A DNA stretch of 64,000 bases, from positions 64,001 to 128,000 of the IMG/VR virus record IMGVR_UViG_3300029906_000003. One strand, written 5' to 3'. The notes under the pieces are model-generated. The model ran no database searches and was not told where the DNA came from. It saw only the letters and a program-made list of their open reading frames with translations. The stretch is from a virus (Duplodnaviria; Heunggongvirae; Uroviricota; Caudoviricetes). The translations under genes were made by a program, and so were the position numbers. Positions 39,001 to 52,054 of this stretch are shown here, one piece after another (the stretch's first letter is position 1; the number at the start of each line of letters is the position of its first letter).

Positions 39001-42000
39001 GAGCAGATAGTCTATCATCAATTAAATCTGTTATATCTATAAATTCATCTAGTAAATCAAGAAGTTCACTTACCATGCTAAGTTCTTCACCAGGCAAGAG
39101 ATTTTCTTTAATTTCAAGAATCTAACTATTTAAAGAAGCAATAGAAGTCTAAGCATCTTGAGATTCCTAATTCATAGTCTCCCAATCTGCAATTACTGCT
39201 TCCATAAGTGCAATCAACAGTTTCTAATCTTCAAGCTGTTTTGTTAAATCTTGACCTTCCTAAGATTCTTGTTCCGCACCAGACATTGCATTATAACGAG
39301 TTGCAAGTTCATCATAATAGTCTTTAGCTTCATTTAAACGGCTTCTATCTAAAACGCCAGTATCTGTAAAAGTAAAACCTAGACCAGTTAATTCTTGTGA
39401 CAGTTTTTCTCTTTGTTGCTCCGCAATGTCTAAACGTTCTTGCTCTGCCGCCTTTAAATCTTCTATAGCCTTTAGCTAATCATTAAGATTCTTGACATAG
39501 CTTTTGCCATAGACCTAATCTTCCATTTCTTGAAGCGCTTCAAGATTAGCTTCATACTAAGAAATTTCTTCATTTATCTCTGCAAAGGGGTCGTCTCTGT
39601 CATTATAAAGGTCAATTTCTTTGTGATTAGGCTCGCTGCCACCTTTCTTACTTCCGCTATCTTCAACGCTAATCTAGTCAAATAAGTTAGGTACAGCATC
39701 AAAAGAGGCAATAGCAAAGTCTAATTTGCCATAAGTTTCATTTAATGTAGCTAAAACTTCTCTAGTTACATCAATTTGTTCTTGCAGTTGCTTATTTGCC
39801 GCAGTTTCATCTGAATTAAATAAATCCATGAACTCATCGGGGTCGATAGGCTCAATCTTTAATTCATCACCTAATTCAGGAAGTGTGCGGCCTCGCCCTC
39901 CTATATCATTGGAACTAACTATTCCACCGCCGCCAGTTGCCCTCTCGCCGCCAAAACCAACAGAAACTTCTCCTTGCATAGCTTGTTTGGTAGCTAACCC
40001 TATTTCAACAAGTCTATTATAATATTTCTCTAAGTTCTAAATTCTCTTATTGATTTCTCTTGCTTGTTGAGTTGTGGCATCACTTTCATCTAGCTATTGA
40101 TTATGCAATGCAGTCTCTGTCGCGGCAGTTCTATATTCTTCTAACGAATCTGCTACAATACCAGCTTTATGACTATAATCTTCATCAGCTTGCAACTATT
40201 GAGTTAGTTTTTCTGCATAAGTATTATATAATTGAGTTTGTCTTTCCGCTTCTTCTAGTGCAGCCTACTTCTTAGTCAAATCATCTGTATTCTATGCTGC
40301 TAATAGCGCTTCTAGCCTGGTAGAAATTGCATCTATTTGATACCCAACTAAATCTCTTTCCTACTCAAGCTAAGTTATGTAAGACTGTCTTGACGCTTCT
40401 AATTCTTGCTGTTTTGCTTGGATGAAAGAATCTCTTTGCTGTTGATTTAAGCGAATCATACCTTCTGCGGTAGCTTCCGCATCAATCAGCATTGCTCCGT
40501 AGCCAGCATTTATAATAGCTTCGCCTTGAGCAACAGTGATTTCAAGTGATTCAGGAATAGTATCTAAAATCCGCTGATATTCACCTACAAAATCAAGAGC
40601 CTAAGTAACATCAGTTGAAATGTCATTCATATTGACTTCTACATTCAACTCATGCTTTTGCTATAGAATACTATTTATTGAATCTTCTAGTCTATCCGCG
40701 TTTACTTCAACATCAAAATCATGGACAGTTTCTTGTCCACTCTTGTATCTTGTCTATTGTCCTTTTAAAGCTCTTGCTCTAAGTTTTTCACTTTCCAACG
40801 CGGCCTCTCGTTCAGCACGTTGGTTGTCTTCAATCATTTCATTGATTTGACGAAGTGTTTCTAAATATTCATGAGAGCTCTTATCTTGAATTTGTGCTAA
40901 TACCTAAAATTCTGATTCTAATTCTTGTAATGCAGTTAGCTAATCTTCATTTAAATCAGTATAACTGCCCGCGGCCAGCGCGTCCTACAACTCAAGGATT
41001 GAGCCCTAATATTGCGCCATTGAGCTTGCCGCGTTTTCAGCTTCAGCTGCATTTTCTTCAAGCCAGTCCGCAATGTTTTGAAGATTAATTATGCCAGAAT
41101 CATCAGCCAAGGCCGCCATAAAATCTTCAATGCTTAAACCTGCTACCGCCGCCTCATTATTAATATCAGACCATAAATCCTCGCCAAATAATCTCTACCA
41201 CGCACTAGTATCAAAATTATCTATATCAAGTTGAGGATTAACTTCTAATAGTTCTTGCCAATCTTCATTATTAGCTTGAATAGCTTCTTTTAATCCGTCA
41301 GCCACAACTTGCTTATAAGTGCCAGCCGCTTCATAATAAGATTTAACAATTTCTTGAGCCTTTTGGATACTTTCAGCATCGCCAGGATTTGTGGCTAAAT
41401 ATTCTAAGGCTTCTTGCGCCCTTAGACCTACTTCTTGAACATATTCATTATTCATCTCTTCAAAACGAGCTTGGGCTTCTTCTAAACCTTGTGCAAGGCT
41501 TTCTGCCCATTCGTCTTGGCCTTGACGACGCAATTCTACAATTCTCTTAGCTTGAGCTTGTGCCCAATTTTGGAACCCTTCAACGTCATTAGCTCCGATA
41601 CTAATCATCTATCCATTAGTATCATTTAGCTACATTGTATCTGGGTCATTAACTTCCTCTAAGGTCGCATCTAATTGACCTTCATAATTCCTCTGAGAAT
41701 TTTCAACTTCTGTCTATTGCTTTCTCTCAAGTAATTCAATCTAAGATTCAAGCAAGCTATTCTAAATTCTTAAATTAGTTATATCTTGCTCATCTACTAG
41801 GCTTTTTAATTCTTTAGAATTAATTTCATCTATCTATTGATTATTAGCTTCTAATTGACTCTATAAGCTTTCTAATTCAACTTTATTTTCTTCAATATTC
41901 TTTTTAGATTGTTCTAGCTATTCTCTATATTCAGCAGTAGTAGTGGTTGCTTCATCTACTAACTTAACAACAATCCCAATCGCAGCAGCTATTGCCGCTA

Positions 42001-44704
42001 TACTGCCCAAAATAATACCTAATTGACTAGCTCCGCCAACTAAGCCGGCAATAGAAGAACCTAAAGTCCTTAACGTATCTGCATTTCTAGCCAAAATACC
42101 AAAAGCAGAGACTCCTTGCATCGTTGCATTAACAAGAGCAAACATAGTTTGAGTCATAGCTTCTGTTCCATTGATATTCTCATCCGTCCAAATGCGGCCC
42201 AACCCTTGTATTGACTGGATTGCACTAAATACTGACATACCTGCGCTCGCGGTATCTATTAATGCGTTTATAGTATCAGAGTCTTTAACCAATGATGAAA
42301 ATTCTTCATAAGCAGTTTTAGCTTTTTTCGCACCATCTTCTATAGTCTTAGATGTTCCATATGCAGCATCTTCAAGCACTTTAAAAATTAAGCTAGCTTG
42401 TTCCATGCCACTACTAGAAGACCTAATAAGATTATTTACTACATTTGTAAAATCTCTTCTTAAACTATCATCATTAATTAATCTTTCGCCGCCTTGACCA
42501 GTTGCATCTGCCTGACTAAGAATGGCTCTAATACGGTCAATACTTTCATGAATTACTTCATACTAGGCGCCCTAACCATCTAATTCTCCCTCTTGGTCCT
42601 CTAATGTCTTTAAAAGATTCTAAGCAGTCTAATATACTCGTCCATATCTATCATTCAACTCTTCTGTAGATATAGAAGCTGTCCAAATATCTTTCTACGT
42701 TTCTTTAATTGTTGCAGAAACAGATTTAGTAACAGTATTTAACCTTTCAAATCTTTCTTTTGCGCTGGCCGCAGCCGTTTGTAAAGCTAAGTTATCTGAT
42801 TCAGATAAATTGTTTAACCAATCAGTATCATAATGGCCGCTTCCAGCTATAATTCCATTATTAGAATCCTGTTGAGTAATAACACCCTATTCTAAATACT
42901 AAAGAGCTTTCTACCTAGCTTCATCCCATGCGGCGGCAGTAGTTTTAATTTGTTCAATTTCTTTAATTAAGTCTTGTGCTCTTTTAGCTTGACTTTCAGT
43001 CCAAATATTGTCATACTACTGAGCCTGCGTTTGCATCTTCAAAATAGCATTAGTTATTTCATCGTAATGACCTGCACTTAACGAGTTAGCCATATCTAAT
43101 TGCTATTGAGAATTTCTAATCTCTTGAAAGAAATTCCTTATATTAACAACTTGAGCATTTAAACCAGAAGCTATCTAAGTGCTAAATACTCTAGTAGCAA
43201 TAGCCCCTAAAGTAAGAAGAGCTTCTTGGCCACCGCCTAAACTGTCTACTAATTGAGTTACAAGATTTACGACTGCGGCCAAGGCATCTGCCCCAGTGTT
43301 AATGGTATCAGGGTCAAGGATTGAGTCAAATAAATCTTCCCATTGAGTCCCAAGCTGCTGAAGGTGCGCCCGCGTAGACTCCATGTAAATATCTTGTTGC
43401 TCTTGTAGTGCGCCTTGTGCATTATTGACTGCGTCTAACGTGCTAGTATACATATCCCAGTTATCAAATAACGCAATCAAATTGTTAAATTGACGAGTTC
43501 CCGCCATCGTCTGTGCAATGGAAATTTGCTGCTCGCGTGTAAAATCAGCCCAGTTTCCGCCCACCTCTTCAATGACCTCGCCCATATCTCGTAATTGGCC
43601 TTGTGCGGTAAGGACATTAATGCCCAATTGTGCCATTTGTTTTGTATAGTAGTCTAGTGTGGCACCGTCATCGCTAATCCCTGCTTGAATGTCACTCATC
43701 CGTGAGTAAATGCTACGCAAAGCTGTGCCAATGGACTCAGGGGCTTGCCGCGTGATTGAAATAATTGTTGCAAGCTATGAAGCCAGCTATTCTTCACTAA
43801 CGCCCAAGACGGCAGCAGTAGATGCAACTCTACTCATACCATCTGAAAGTTCTTCTAGGTCAGCCGCCGTGATAGCCGCCGCAACCGCAAGTCTGTCAAC
43901 GTATAGTTCAGCCTCTTCCGCGCTAACTTGGTATCCATTCCAGACTGCAGTTAGCTATTCAGAGACATCAGCCGCATCCTATCCAGTAACATTCGCAGTC
44001 ATTAGAGTAACACGGCTCCGTTCAGCAACTTCTTCTGGGTCTAAACCTTGCTGGTAATAGATTAAAGCGGCATTAGTGTATTCCGTGGTCGCCGCTCCCA
44101 ATCCGCTTGCCGCATCATTAGCTTGCGCCGCGAACTCTTCCATTGCGGCCGCACTCTCTCCCGTAACAATACGAATATCATTTAAAGAGCTATCTAGTGA
44201 CTTAACATATCCATACGCCTATTCGACATTACCTGTTAAAGTATTAATTGCGCTGGACGCAATATTCCACTTTAAAGTATTTCCTAATGTCTAAGCCATT
44301 CTGTCTAAAACAGTCTATGTATGCTCTAGCTAAGTATTACTTCCTAAAACTGCATTAGAAACATTTCTAAATGCACTTTGTCCTTGTACTCCTGCCTTAT
44401 TAAAAGCAGCATATATCTCATCAAGAGTCAAGTTAGATTCATCTAATATCTAATTGAATCTCTATATGTTTATACTATTTAATTTTGGATTAAATGCTTT
44501 CTCCAAAGCATTTTCCACTGTAGATGCCGCATAATTGATACTAGCCAAATCTTGATTGACTTGGTTCATATCTGTAGTATCTACATTAATCTTTAAATAA
44601 TCACTTCTAGTTAAAGTACGGATAGACTCTAATTCTTTCTTTATAGAATCTAAGCCTTTTCGGTCTACATCAAAACCAACCTAGAATCGAATATTATTTG
44701 GCAT
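36035..44704 (-). CDS. Tail tape measure protein (2889 aa under code 15)
   Basis: Eight track fragments share one frame; LNDIRIVTG, SIGTALRSIYSR, MAGTRQ core; C-terminal FDTGGYTG..AVLHEKELVLN; helical Ala/Glu/Gln-rich. Confidence 0.9.
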
Positions 44705-44768
44705 ATCCTTTATCTCCTTTCGCGCAAAATAAAAGCCCTTACAGACTATTACTGTAAGGACTCAATAA

Positions 44769-45308
44769 TTATTTTGTTTTGACCACAGGCATTCCTGCTT
44801 TAATCGCGGTATTCATTAACCCTTTATATTTATCAGGATTAAAGTTCTCAACAATTTCAGCAGCTTTTTCCGCATTTCTAGGCATATCATTTACCATCTT
44901 ATTAATAACTGCCGCCGCAGACTTCTTATATTCATCTGTTTGAGCAATTATATTTTCTAGCGCATCATACAAGAAATTATATTCTTGTTCATTCATTGCC
45001 TCAATTATCTTCTCCAAAATGCCATTAGAAGAAAGAGCATCATATAATTTCATTTCATCTTCCTTTTGTTTCTAGGTAAAAACAATATTTGTATACATAT
45101 ACACAATATATAAATGAAAATATACGTCTGCTAACATATGGTCTATTCCATATTCATTCTATGCCTTACGGAGCGCCGCATATATCAAATCAGATTTATC
45201 TTTAATGGGTAAATATTGAAATACTTCAATCTCATTTTCCCCAACTTTAATCTTATTAGTATTATCATTTACTTTCAGATTAAGTTTATTATAAGTTATC
45301 CTATTCAT
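44769..45308 (-). CDS. Hypothetical protein, possible tail assembly chaperone
   Basis: MN[TAG]ITYNKLNLK...QYLPI...YTNIVFT joins the 44769-45053 ORF; lies directly upstream of the tape measure. Confidence 0.7.
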
Positions 45309-45341
45309 CTTTCTTAACTCCTTTGTCTCCCTCTTAGGTTT

Positions 45342-45370
45342 ATTATACGGAAAAATTTTTAAAAAGTCAA
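45342..45370 (-). promoter_or_regulatory. Sigma-70/sigma-A promoter
   Basis: TTGACT-N17-TATAAT upstream of ATG 45308. Confidence 0.7.
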
Positions 45371-45375
45371 GTATT

Positions 45376-46743
45376 TTATTTTTTAAACTGAATACTCAAA
45401 CTAAAACCTATTTGCTTTTGCCGCAATCCTTGAATAATATTAGCTATTCTGTAAGCAACGCCCTGCTCTTCAAAAGTGTTATATTCATATAGCATTAAAT
45501 CATTCATCGTCTAACTTAACTCAAAAGCATTATTATCTGTTAATATATTGTAGGCCGTCTTAACATATACTCGTCCTTGAATAACATCAATAGCAACGAA
45601 AACATTAGATTCTGTTACGTTTTGTTTCAGCATATTGCCATGAACTAGAGCTTCATATTTCATCTATTCTAACAATACTGCATCCAATTCTGTCCTCGTT
45701 CTATTGATAGACATATTCTGATTGTATAAGCATTGACAGTTAAGCCAATGATTCGCAAAATTATTCTATGTTGATAATAGCTAATACATAAGACTAACAT
45801 CTTGAAGATGGGGTTTAATTACTCCATCTCTAGGAGTATATGCTTTTACAGATGCGTTAATGTCTCCATCATCTAACTATATATTAACGTCAACTTTATC
45901 TTGTGTGGCAATAGCACGATAAATATTATTATATTTCTTTTCTAAAATAGACCCAACATCTTCTCCAAACATACTTTTATCAAGAGAAAAAGAAGTCCTT
46001 GCATCACCAACAATTAAACTATTTAAACTCTATTCTATTGAATTATTAACTTGCTGCTATAATTTCTAACCAGCTAAAGCAACAACCTTCTCGCCCCAGA
46101 TTCCGTTTGCTTCTGCAATCGCCGCATTTAAATTGAACTTCCTTAATAACTCTTTTAATTTAACTAAAGTATTCTTACTATTCAAGTCGCTTTTAATATA
46201 AACCTCTTTTATATCTTTCCTATTAACAAGAGAAAAGAAATCATCAAAGTTTTGAATTAAATTATTTATGCTTTGCGGCGAAGCAGTTTTTCCTTGATTA
46301 AATAATCTTATCATTCTATTTATCTATTCATAAATTCTTCTTCTAACCTACATTGCCTTATAAATATCAGGTTCCTTAACTTCTGGATTCCTTCTTTTTA
46401 TAGTTCTTCCTTCTATTGTTGCAGGCACAGCATTTGTAAAGAAATCAACAATTCTCTGTTCTGCATTTTGGAAATTCCTTGAATAATATCTATTTAAGGC
46501 CCGCTCTTCTCTTAATTCTTCATCTCTTGCTTCATTTGCAATATAAGTTTCAAGAATCTTCAAGTTAGGAGCGATAGCAGAAGACTATGCGGCCAGTCGT
46601 TCTAGGCGTTGCCGATTGCATTGTAGCTATTGTTGGTACGCGACTGCCGCGCTCTCAGACGCAACTCCCGCATGAATCCTATTCGTTCCATATCTTAAAT
46701 AATTCTCAGCGTGTAAATGGACATACTCACCTAAAGCACTCAT
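45376..46743 (-). CDS. Hypothetical protein
   Basis: MSALGEYVHLHAENYLRYG; fragments 46348-46563 and 46066-46314 share a frame. Confidence 0.7.
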
Positions 46744-46759
46744 GATTTTCTCCCTTTAC

Positions 46760-46787
46760 AAAAAAGGCTAGGCCCGCAAGCCTAGCC
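46760..46787 (-). terminator. Terminator after the major tail gene
   Basis: GGCTAGGC / GCCTAGCC stem with a U-run. Confidence 0.7.
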
Positions 46788-46863
46788 AATATAGTATTTA
46801 CTATCAATCATTAACCACCAGAGAAGGAGTTCCATTCATTGTAGAACAAAAACTCCTCTAAGG

Positions 46864-47790
46864 TTAGCCTGCCGGATCCAATGAGTCTTTATCCGTATCG
46901 TCTTTAAAGTCTTCTGTCTCGTTATGCAACATGACAGAAGTGCCCATGGCATCTGCTGTGGTGGCATCGTCCAGAATCTGAATAACGCACAATACCTGCT
47001 TAGGATTGAATAGGGTTCTACCAGGGAACGCGTCCATGGTGAATGTAAATGTACTTGGATCACCAGTTGAAGCCATTGAGAATGTGAAGTTAGATTGAAT
47101 TTTTACATTGGGGAATGTAATAGTAGCAGGCAGGTCAACACCGTCGCTCTGTCTGCGGAACAGAGTATCTGCTTCTACATAGAAGTAACCAGCGAAGTTC
47201 TCAGCATCAATCTGCAATTCAGAAACCTCAGAACCCTTCTTGATAACATAGCAGTCAATCATAACTGACTTACCAGCATCCGTAGTAAAAGTACCAGTTA
47301 GTTTCTTACCAGTCTCATCAACAGTAACGCCCTTCAGATAGTTACCAGTGATTGAACCATCATCTTCTGTGAAAATAACGAACAGAGGAGCGGTATCATC
47401 AATCTTATCATTCGTAGCTAAAGCATCTGTGCAATCAATTTCGGTCGCATCTACGACTGCGTTAATAGTAGTGTGATAGTGAACAGTTTCGTCGTCTTCT
47501 GTACCATACTTAATTAGTCCTGCACCAGACAGGATACTGAAGCCGACAGGTGATAGAAGTGCGTCTTCAACGGTAAATGTTAAAGTTTTCTCACCTTCCC
47601 AGGCAATTAGGTTCGTATTACCGCGCCCACCGGTTGCGTATACGGTAGTTGCCGCGCCCTCCATTGTAGAGGTTTTAGCGGTATCAAGATACAAAACGGG
47701 TTGGTTTTTTTCAAAAGTTGTATTACCAACTCTCATCTTATTTTTTGCGCGGAAAACTACATTACAAATTTCTCTTACGCCAAATTTCAT
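46864..47790 (-). CDS. Major tail tube protein
   Basis: MKFGVREICNVVF, GGRGN..LIAW, GDPSTFTFTMDAFP; lies between neck genes and tape measure; no TAG. Confidence 0.75.
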   Translation of the reverse strand: MKFGVREICNVVFRAKNKMRVGNTTFEKNQPVLYLDTAKTSTMEGAATTVYATGGRGNTNLIAWEGEKTLTFTVEDALLSPVGFSILSGAGLIKYGTEDDETVHYHTTINAVVDATEIDCTDALATNDKIDDTAPLFVIFTEDDGSITGNYLKGVTVDETGKKLTGTFTTDAGKSVMIDCYVIKKGSEVSELQIDAENFAGYFYVEADTLFRRQSDGVDLPATITFPNVKIQSNFTFSMASTGDPSTFTFTMDAFPGRTLFNPKQVLCVIQILDDATTADAMGTSVMLHNETEDFKDDTDKDSLDPAG

Positions 47791-47837
47791 AAGATTATTT
47801 TCCTCCTTATAAAAGTATCTTAAATTAATTAATTAAT

Positions 47838-48575
47838 TTAATATATATCTTTCATCCAGAAATCAACATCTTTTAAATCTTTAGCTCCTGCTAATTTCTG
47901 TTTGACATATATATCATATTGTAGTTTCATTTCATATCTCTTATAAATATCATACAGCTAAGGGATTGTTAAATCTAGTATAGTATTCATAGACATCGGA
48001 AGCCCAACAGACAATATTGAAATGTATTGAGCTAACATATGAATATCCTCAGTTTTGCCTTTAGTCTAAGCGACTTTCTAACGGCCTTGCCGCAGTTTAT
48101 CAGCTATTTTATCTGCTAAGGCCCCTTGTGTATTATAGGTAGTTTCTTTTTTACCTTCTAAGCAAAAAATCTTAATAATAACTTCCTAAAAGAGCTGAAA
48201 TGATTTGTTATCTATTTTATATTCCTCTTGATTATCTAACTATACCAATTTTATCTAGTTATTCTTAAAATCAAGAGAAACCTAATAGATAGGAAATAAA
48301 AGAGTTAATACGGAAAGAATCGCATACCTATTTATTTGAGCTTGCTTTTCTTTCGATTTTAACATTAACATAATTATATCAAAATCTTTATAGTCCTATA
48401 ATCTTTTTCTGTCCACGGAACTAAGATTATTCTTTGTAAAAGTTAAAAGTTCGCACCCTGTAAAGAATTTTCTTTCTCCTATGTAGCCAATTTCTTTCAA
48501 TGTCGGCTAATGAATAGTTATCCGCTCCATTGGAAAAGGAATGTCGTTCCCAGATAATAAAAGCAACTTATCCAT
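47838..48575 (-). CDS. Hypothetical neck/tail-region protein
   Basis: MDKLLLLSGNDIPF..IH[TAG]PTLKEIGYIGE; open only under code 15; absent from the track. Confidence 0.7.
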
Positions 48576-49170
48576 CTAATAGCGGCGTCTCCTAAATTTT
48601 ATCGTCTGAACCATGAACAGCTCTATAACTTAAAGTATATCCTGCAAGGGCTTCGTCTAATACTAACATATTGCATCCTAAGAATTCAAGTCTGCCAATG
48701 CCAGTTAATTTGCATTTATTCAACATACCATCTATATAGCCAGCAATCTTCAATGGCCGCTATCTAAAATTGCCTAAATCCCAATAGTCATTATGACATA
48801 GAATATCAAAATTAATAGTGCAATCTCTAAATTCAGGGTTAGATGTGCTTGAGAAGTTATCAAAACCTATAATGATATAAGATTTTATTTCTTCATGTTC
48901 AGGCATTTTTATCTTAGGAGAAACCTTTAAATATCCTTTATCAATAAGTGCGGGCAAGCTCATTTCTTTAATTTTTTTTGCATACAAATCTTTATTAGGT
49001 GAGTTGTCATCTAAACAATCTTTAGTATTAACAACTAATAATTTTTTAAGATAATCGCTATAAGGACGACTCTCAACAAATAGTCTTTTTAGTATTATTT
49101 CAGCATCCTTCTCACAGGATAAAAAAGAAGAAGTAAAATCTATCTTTTTCATAGCTAAATCTTTGTGCAT
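48568..49170 (-). CDS. Putative tail completion/terminator protein
   Basis: NPEFRDCTINFDILCH..W...RPLKIAGYIDGML..LTGIGRLEFLG joined across TAG. Confidence 0.6.
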
Positions 49171-49192
49171 TATATCTTACTCCTTCCTTCTC

Positions 49193-50272
49193 TTAACTCT
49201 CTATATTAACAGTTTTCTCTGCTACTGTCTATCCATCTTTAGAATAAACAATAGAAAAAGAACCTGCGGAAATATTTAAAATTACCCTCACAGCCATATT
49301 ATTTTCTTGTAGAATAAGCAACTTTTTACGTTTTGGAATTTCTACCCATGCCCCAAAATTTTCTGGCTTTTCCGCGTCCTCAACGTAATAAGTTTCATCC
49401 TCATAAACAATAGACCAAATACCTTGTCCGTCGTTATTCATTATCGTATAGACCTATTCGTCATAAGGTTGTAATGCGGCGGGGCCGTCTATGTATGTAC
49501 CGGTTGGGTCCTGGGGTTCCTCGGGGCGAGTCTCGCCCTAAGAGGCATTGGCCGCATCTTCAATGGAGTTTTCATAATATTCATCTAAGTAGACTTCAAT
49601 TATTCCATCTCCATAATAAGGATTGACTGCCACAGTTTGCCAAGTTTTCTAAATATCCGTCCCCGGCTCCCCTATCTTAACTTTCTAAAATCTGTGAAAA
49701 TAATTAGTTGTATTTTCATCTTTAGTAATATACATTACCAAAGAATAATTTAAGTCATTCCATTCGACTCCGCCCTTCTAGTTCCAGGTAATCGAAGTCT
49801 CCATGGGCCCACGTATATAAGTCCAATATTTTTTACCATTAACTTCGGTCTACTAATCACAACGTCTAATCTCTGCGCGAAAATATGCGTCCTCTTCTAA
49901 ATATTGAAGATAAATTAACCATTTCGTTCCGGTTTCAACCCATTCAAAAACATCGCCCACCTTTATATTAAGAGGAGCTAGTCCCTATGTTGTGGTACCG
50001 CCCGCCGCGATTTCATCATTGAGACATATATCAGAGTAAGGAACGGAAAGAATCTTATCATCATAATCACCTTTATTTTTATCAGGATTAATCAAGGCTC
50101 TAAATTTCTTTGTAAAATCACCATTTTCATCCATCAAAGCAATAGTAACAGACTAATAAGAGTAAAGAAGAGCTTTCTTTAAACTTCTTTCCTTATCTTT
50201 AATCATCCTTTTCTCTTGGTTCTATCCACCATAATAATTTAATCTAGTTTTTAAATTATTTAAACCTGACAT
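49193..50272 (-). CDS. Putative head-closure/neck protein
   Basis: MSGLNNLKTRL..RMIKDKERSLKKALLYSY, FRALINPDK, YFRAEIRRC; role inferred from position. Confidence 0.6.
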
Positions 50273-50583
50273 AAATCATTAATAACCTCCTAAATTAAAT
50301 TAAGGCACTCAAAGATAGTTTTTCTATACATCATAAAATCTTCTGAATTAGTTAAATGCCGCAATCCTTCAAGTTTACAAATAACTGTAAACATTTCATC
50401 TTCATATTGAGATTCCATTAAGCTCTTTAATCCAGAAAATTCTTCTATTATGGTTAATAATAATTTTTCCCAATCTGTTCCTTCTTCGCGGCAAGGGAGC
50501 AATTTATAAATCTAGTTAATAAATCTTTTTAGTTTTGCCACAATGGTTTTATCTTCAAAAGTTAAATTGTATTTTAATTCCAT
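50260..50583 (-). CDS. Hypothetical protein
   Basis: MELKYNL...IN[TAG]IYKLLPCREEG. Confidence 0.65.
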
Positions 50584-50752
50584 GGGTTATCGTCTCCAAC
50601 AATAGACCAAAAAGTAGAACGCGGAACTCCATCATCATATATATCGCGTCTCTTATATAAACGTTGCAGATGGAAGCCTTCCCGCTCATAGTCTTTCTTT
50701 ATAGCTAATAACTTCTACATATGATTGGCTTGGCTGGTGAATTTAAAATCCT
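50574..50752 (-). CDS. Putative head-tail adaptor, exon 2
   Basis: DFKFTSQANHM...REGFHLQRLYKRR; in frame with exon 1 after splicing (379+179 = 558 nt). Confidence 0.7.
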
Positions 50753-51020
50753 CAAATATGTTATCGTAAAGTTTTTTATCTTTACTTCTTACAATTCTTA
50801 TTCTTGTAAGTTCGGCATATCTTTTCATCTTTTCAGATGTTTTAGTCTCGTGGGATTCATATTCTTATTATAAAACTAATTCATAATAAGTTATCCTCCT
50901 ATGCTCTGCGCGTGTTAAATCTTTTAAAATTTAACTTCCGCTCTGATTCCCATCTCAGGGTTCCAGTTTTTTACTAAAATTTTCATTATATAATTTCTTA
51001 TATAAGGGGCAAGATTCCTT
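50753..51020 (-). mobile_element. ORF-less group I intron (268 nt)
   Basis: P1 GGGT/GCCC; CTGGAACCC..GGGAATCAG; P7 GCATA/TATGC; same core layout as the terminase intron; terminal G 50753. Confidence 0.8.
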
Positions 51021-51399
51021 ACCCAGAGTATTTCATCCGTACATTTTCAATACTCGCAAGCTAATATCCAAGCCATTCCACTATCATATAAGTAGCTAAT
51101 ATATTAATTTCTTCTTGTGTTAATCTGACTAAAAATTCGCCTTGTTGATAAATATATATTGGGACTTCTTCATGATTACTTTCAATTCCATTATATATGG
51201 CAGCATCCTCAATTTCTTGAATTTCATATTCATCTAGTCTGACACGTGGAAACTCAAACTTATGAATAGCAGAAATTAACAACTATTCTAACATTCTATA
51301 AGTATCAAGTTCTGTTAATTCAAGATAGAGGTCATCTGTTATCTTAGATAAAAAACTGTCATAAACTTCTACAAAAGGTGTTGTGCCTTCGCGATTCAT
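51021..51399 (-). CDS. Putative head-tail adaptor, exon 1
   Basis: GGAGG RBS; TPFVEVYDSFLSKITDD...EINILATYMIVEWLGY[TAG]LASIENVRMKYSG. Confidence 0.7.
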
Positions 51400-51419
51400 T
51401 TTTCAACACCTCCAAAATA

Positions 51420-51989
51420 TTATTTCTTTGTCACAATCGGCGCGGCCTCAGTCCTACGCATTTTGGGACTAGTCTTATCTTCTGTCAGGTCGGGTGTCGA
51501 TGCGCGCCGGGACGGCTTGGCCGCATCATCAGGCTCTTTTTCCGCTTCTTCTATTTCTATTGCTTTTGTTACATCAAAACCAGTTTTCTCTAAAATAGCT
51601 TGTCTCTTCTGAACATCATTCAGCTTAGTTGCGACCGCCAGCTGCTTAATTGAATCAATGACGCCTTCGGGCGCGAAATCAAGGCAATCTAAGAACTAAG
51701 CCAAAGTACCTTTCTTAAAGAGTTTAATAATTTCTTCATCAGTATAGAAATATTCTGGCTCAACGCTATTAAGCAATTCATTTACAGCTTCTTTGCTGTC
51801 AATAATAAACTGATTTTGAAGAAGATACATCCCGCCAGGGATATAAGATAATTTTCTTAGCTCTTCCATTGAAATTTCTTTCTTTTCACCAGGCTGGAAG
51901 ATACGTCTAACGCCTAAATCAGGGACTTTATAGCCCGCAACGCTGTTAGTGCGATTCTTAACAATTACTTTAGTATCATTCATTAACAT
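51420..51989 (-). CDS. Hypothetical protein downstream of the capsid gene
   Basis: Track ORF continues across TAG 51696 (FLDCLDFAPEGV) to TAA 51420. Confidence 0.75.
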
Positions 51990-52018
51990 CTTAAATAAAC
52001 TCCTTTATCTCCATTTAT

Positions 52019-52048
52019 AAAAAATGAGAGGAATGAACTTCCTCTCAT
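52019..52048 (-). terminator. Terminator after the capsid gene
   Basis: ATGAGAGGAA / TTCCTCTCAT stem with a U-run. Confidence 0.7.
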
Positions 52049-52054
52049 GTAACC

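Noticed and set aside
46810..46866. Programmed frameshift or readthrough extending the major tail protein
   Set aside because: A short alternate frame (LEEFLFYNEWNSFSGG) exists, but the stop is TAA and I saw no clear slippery site.
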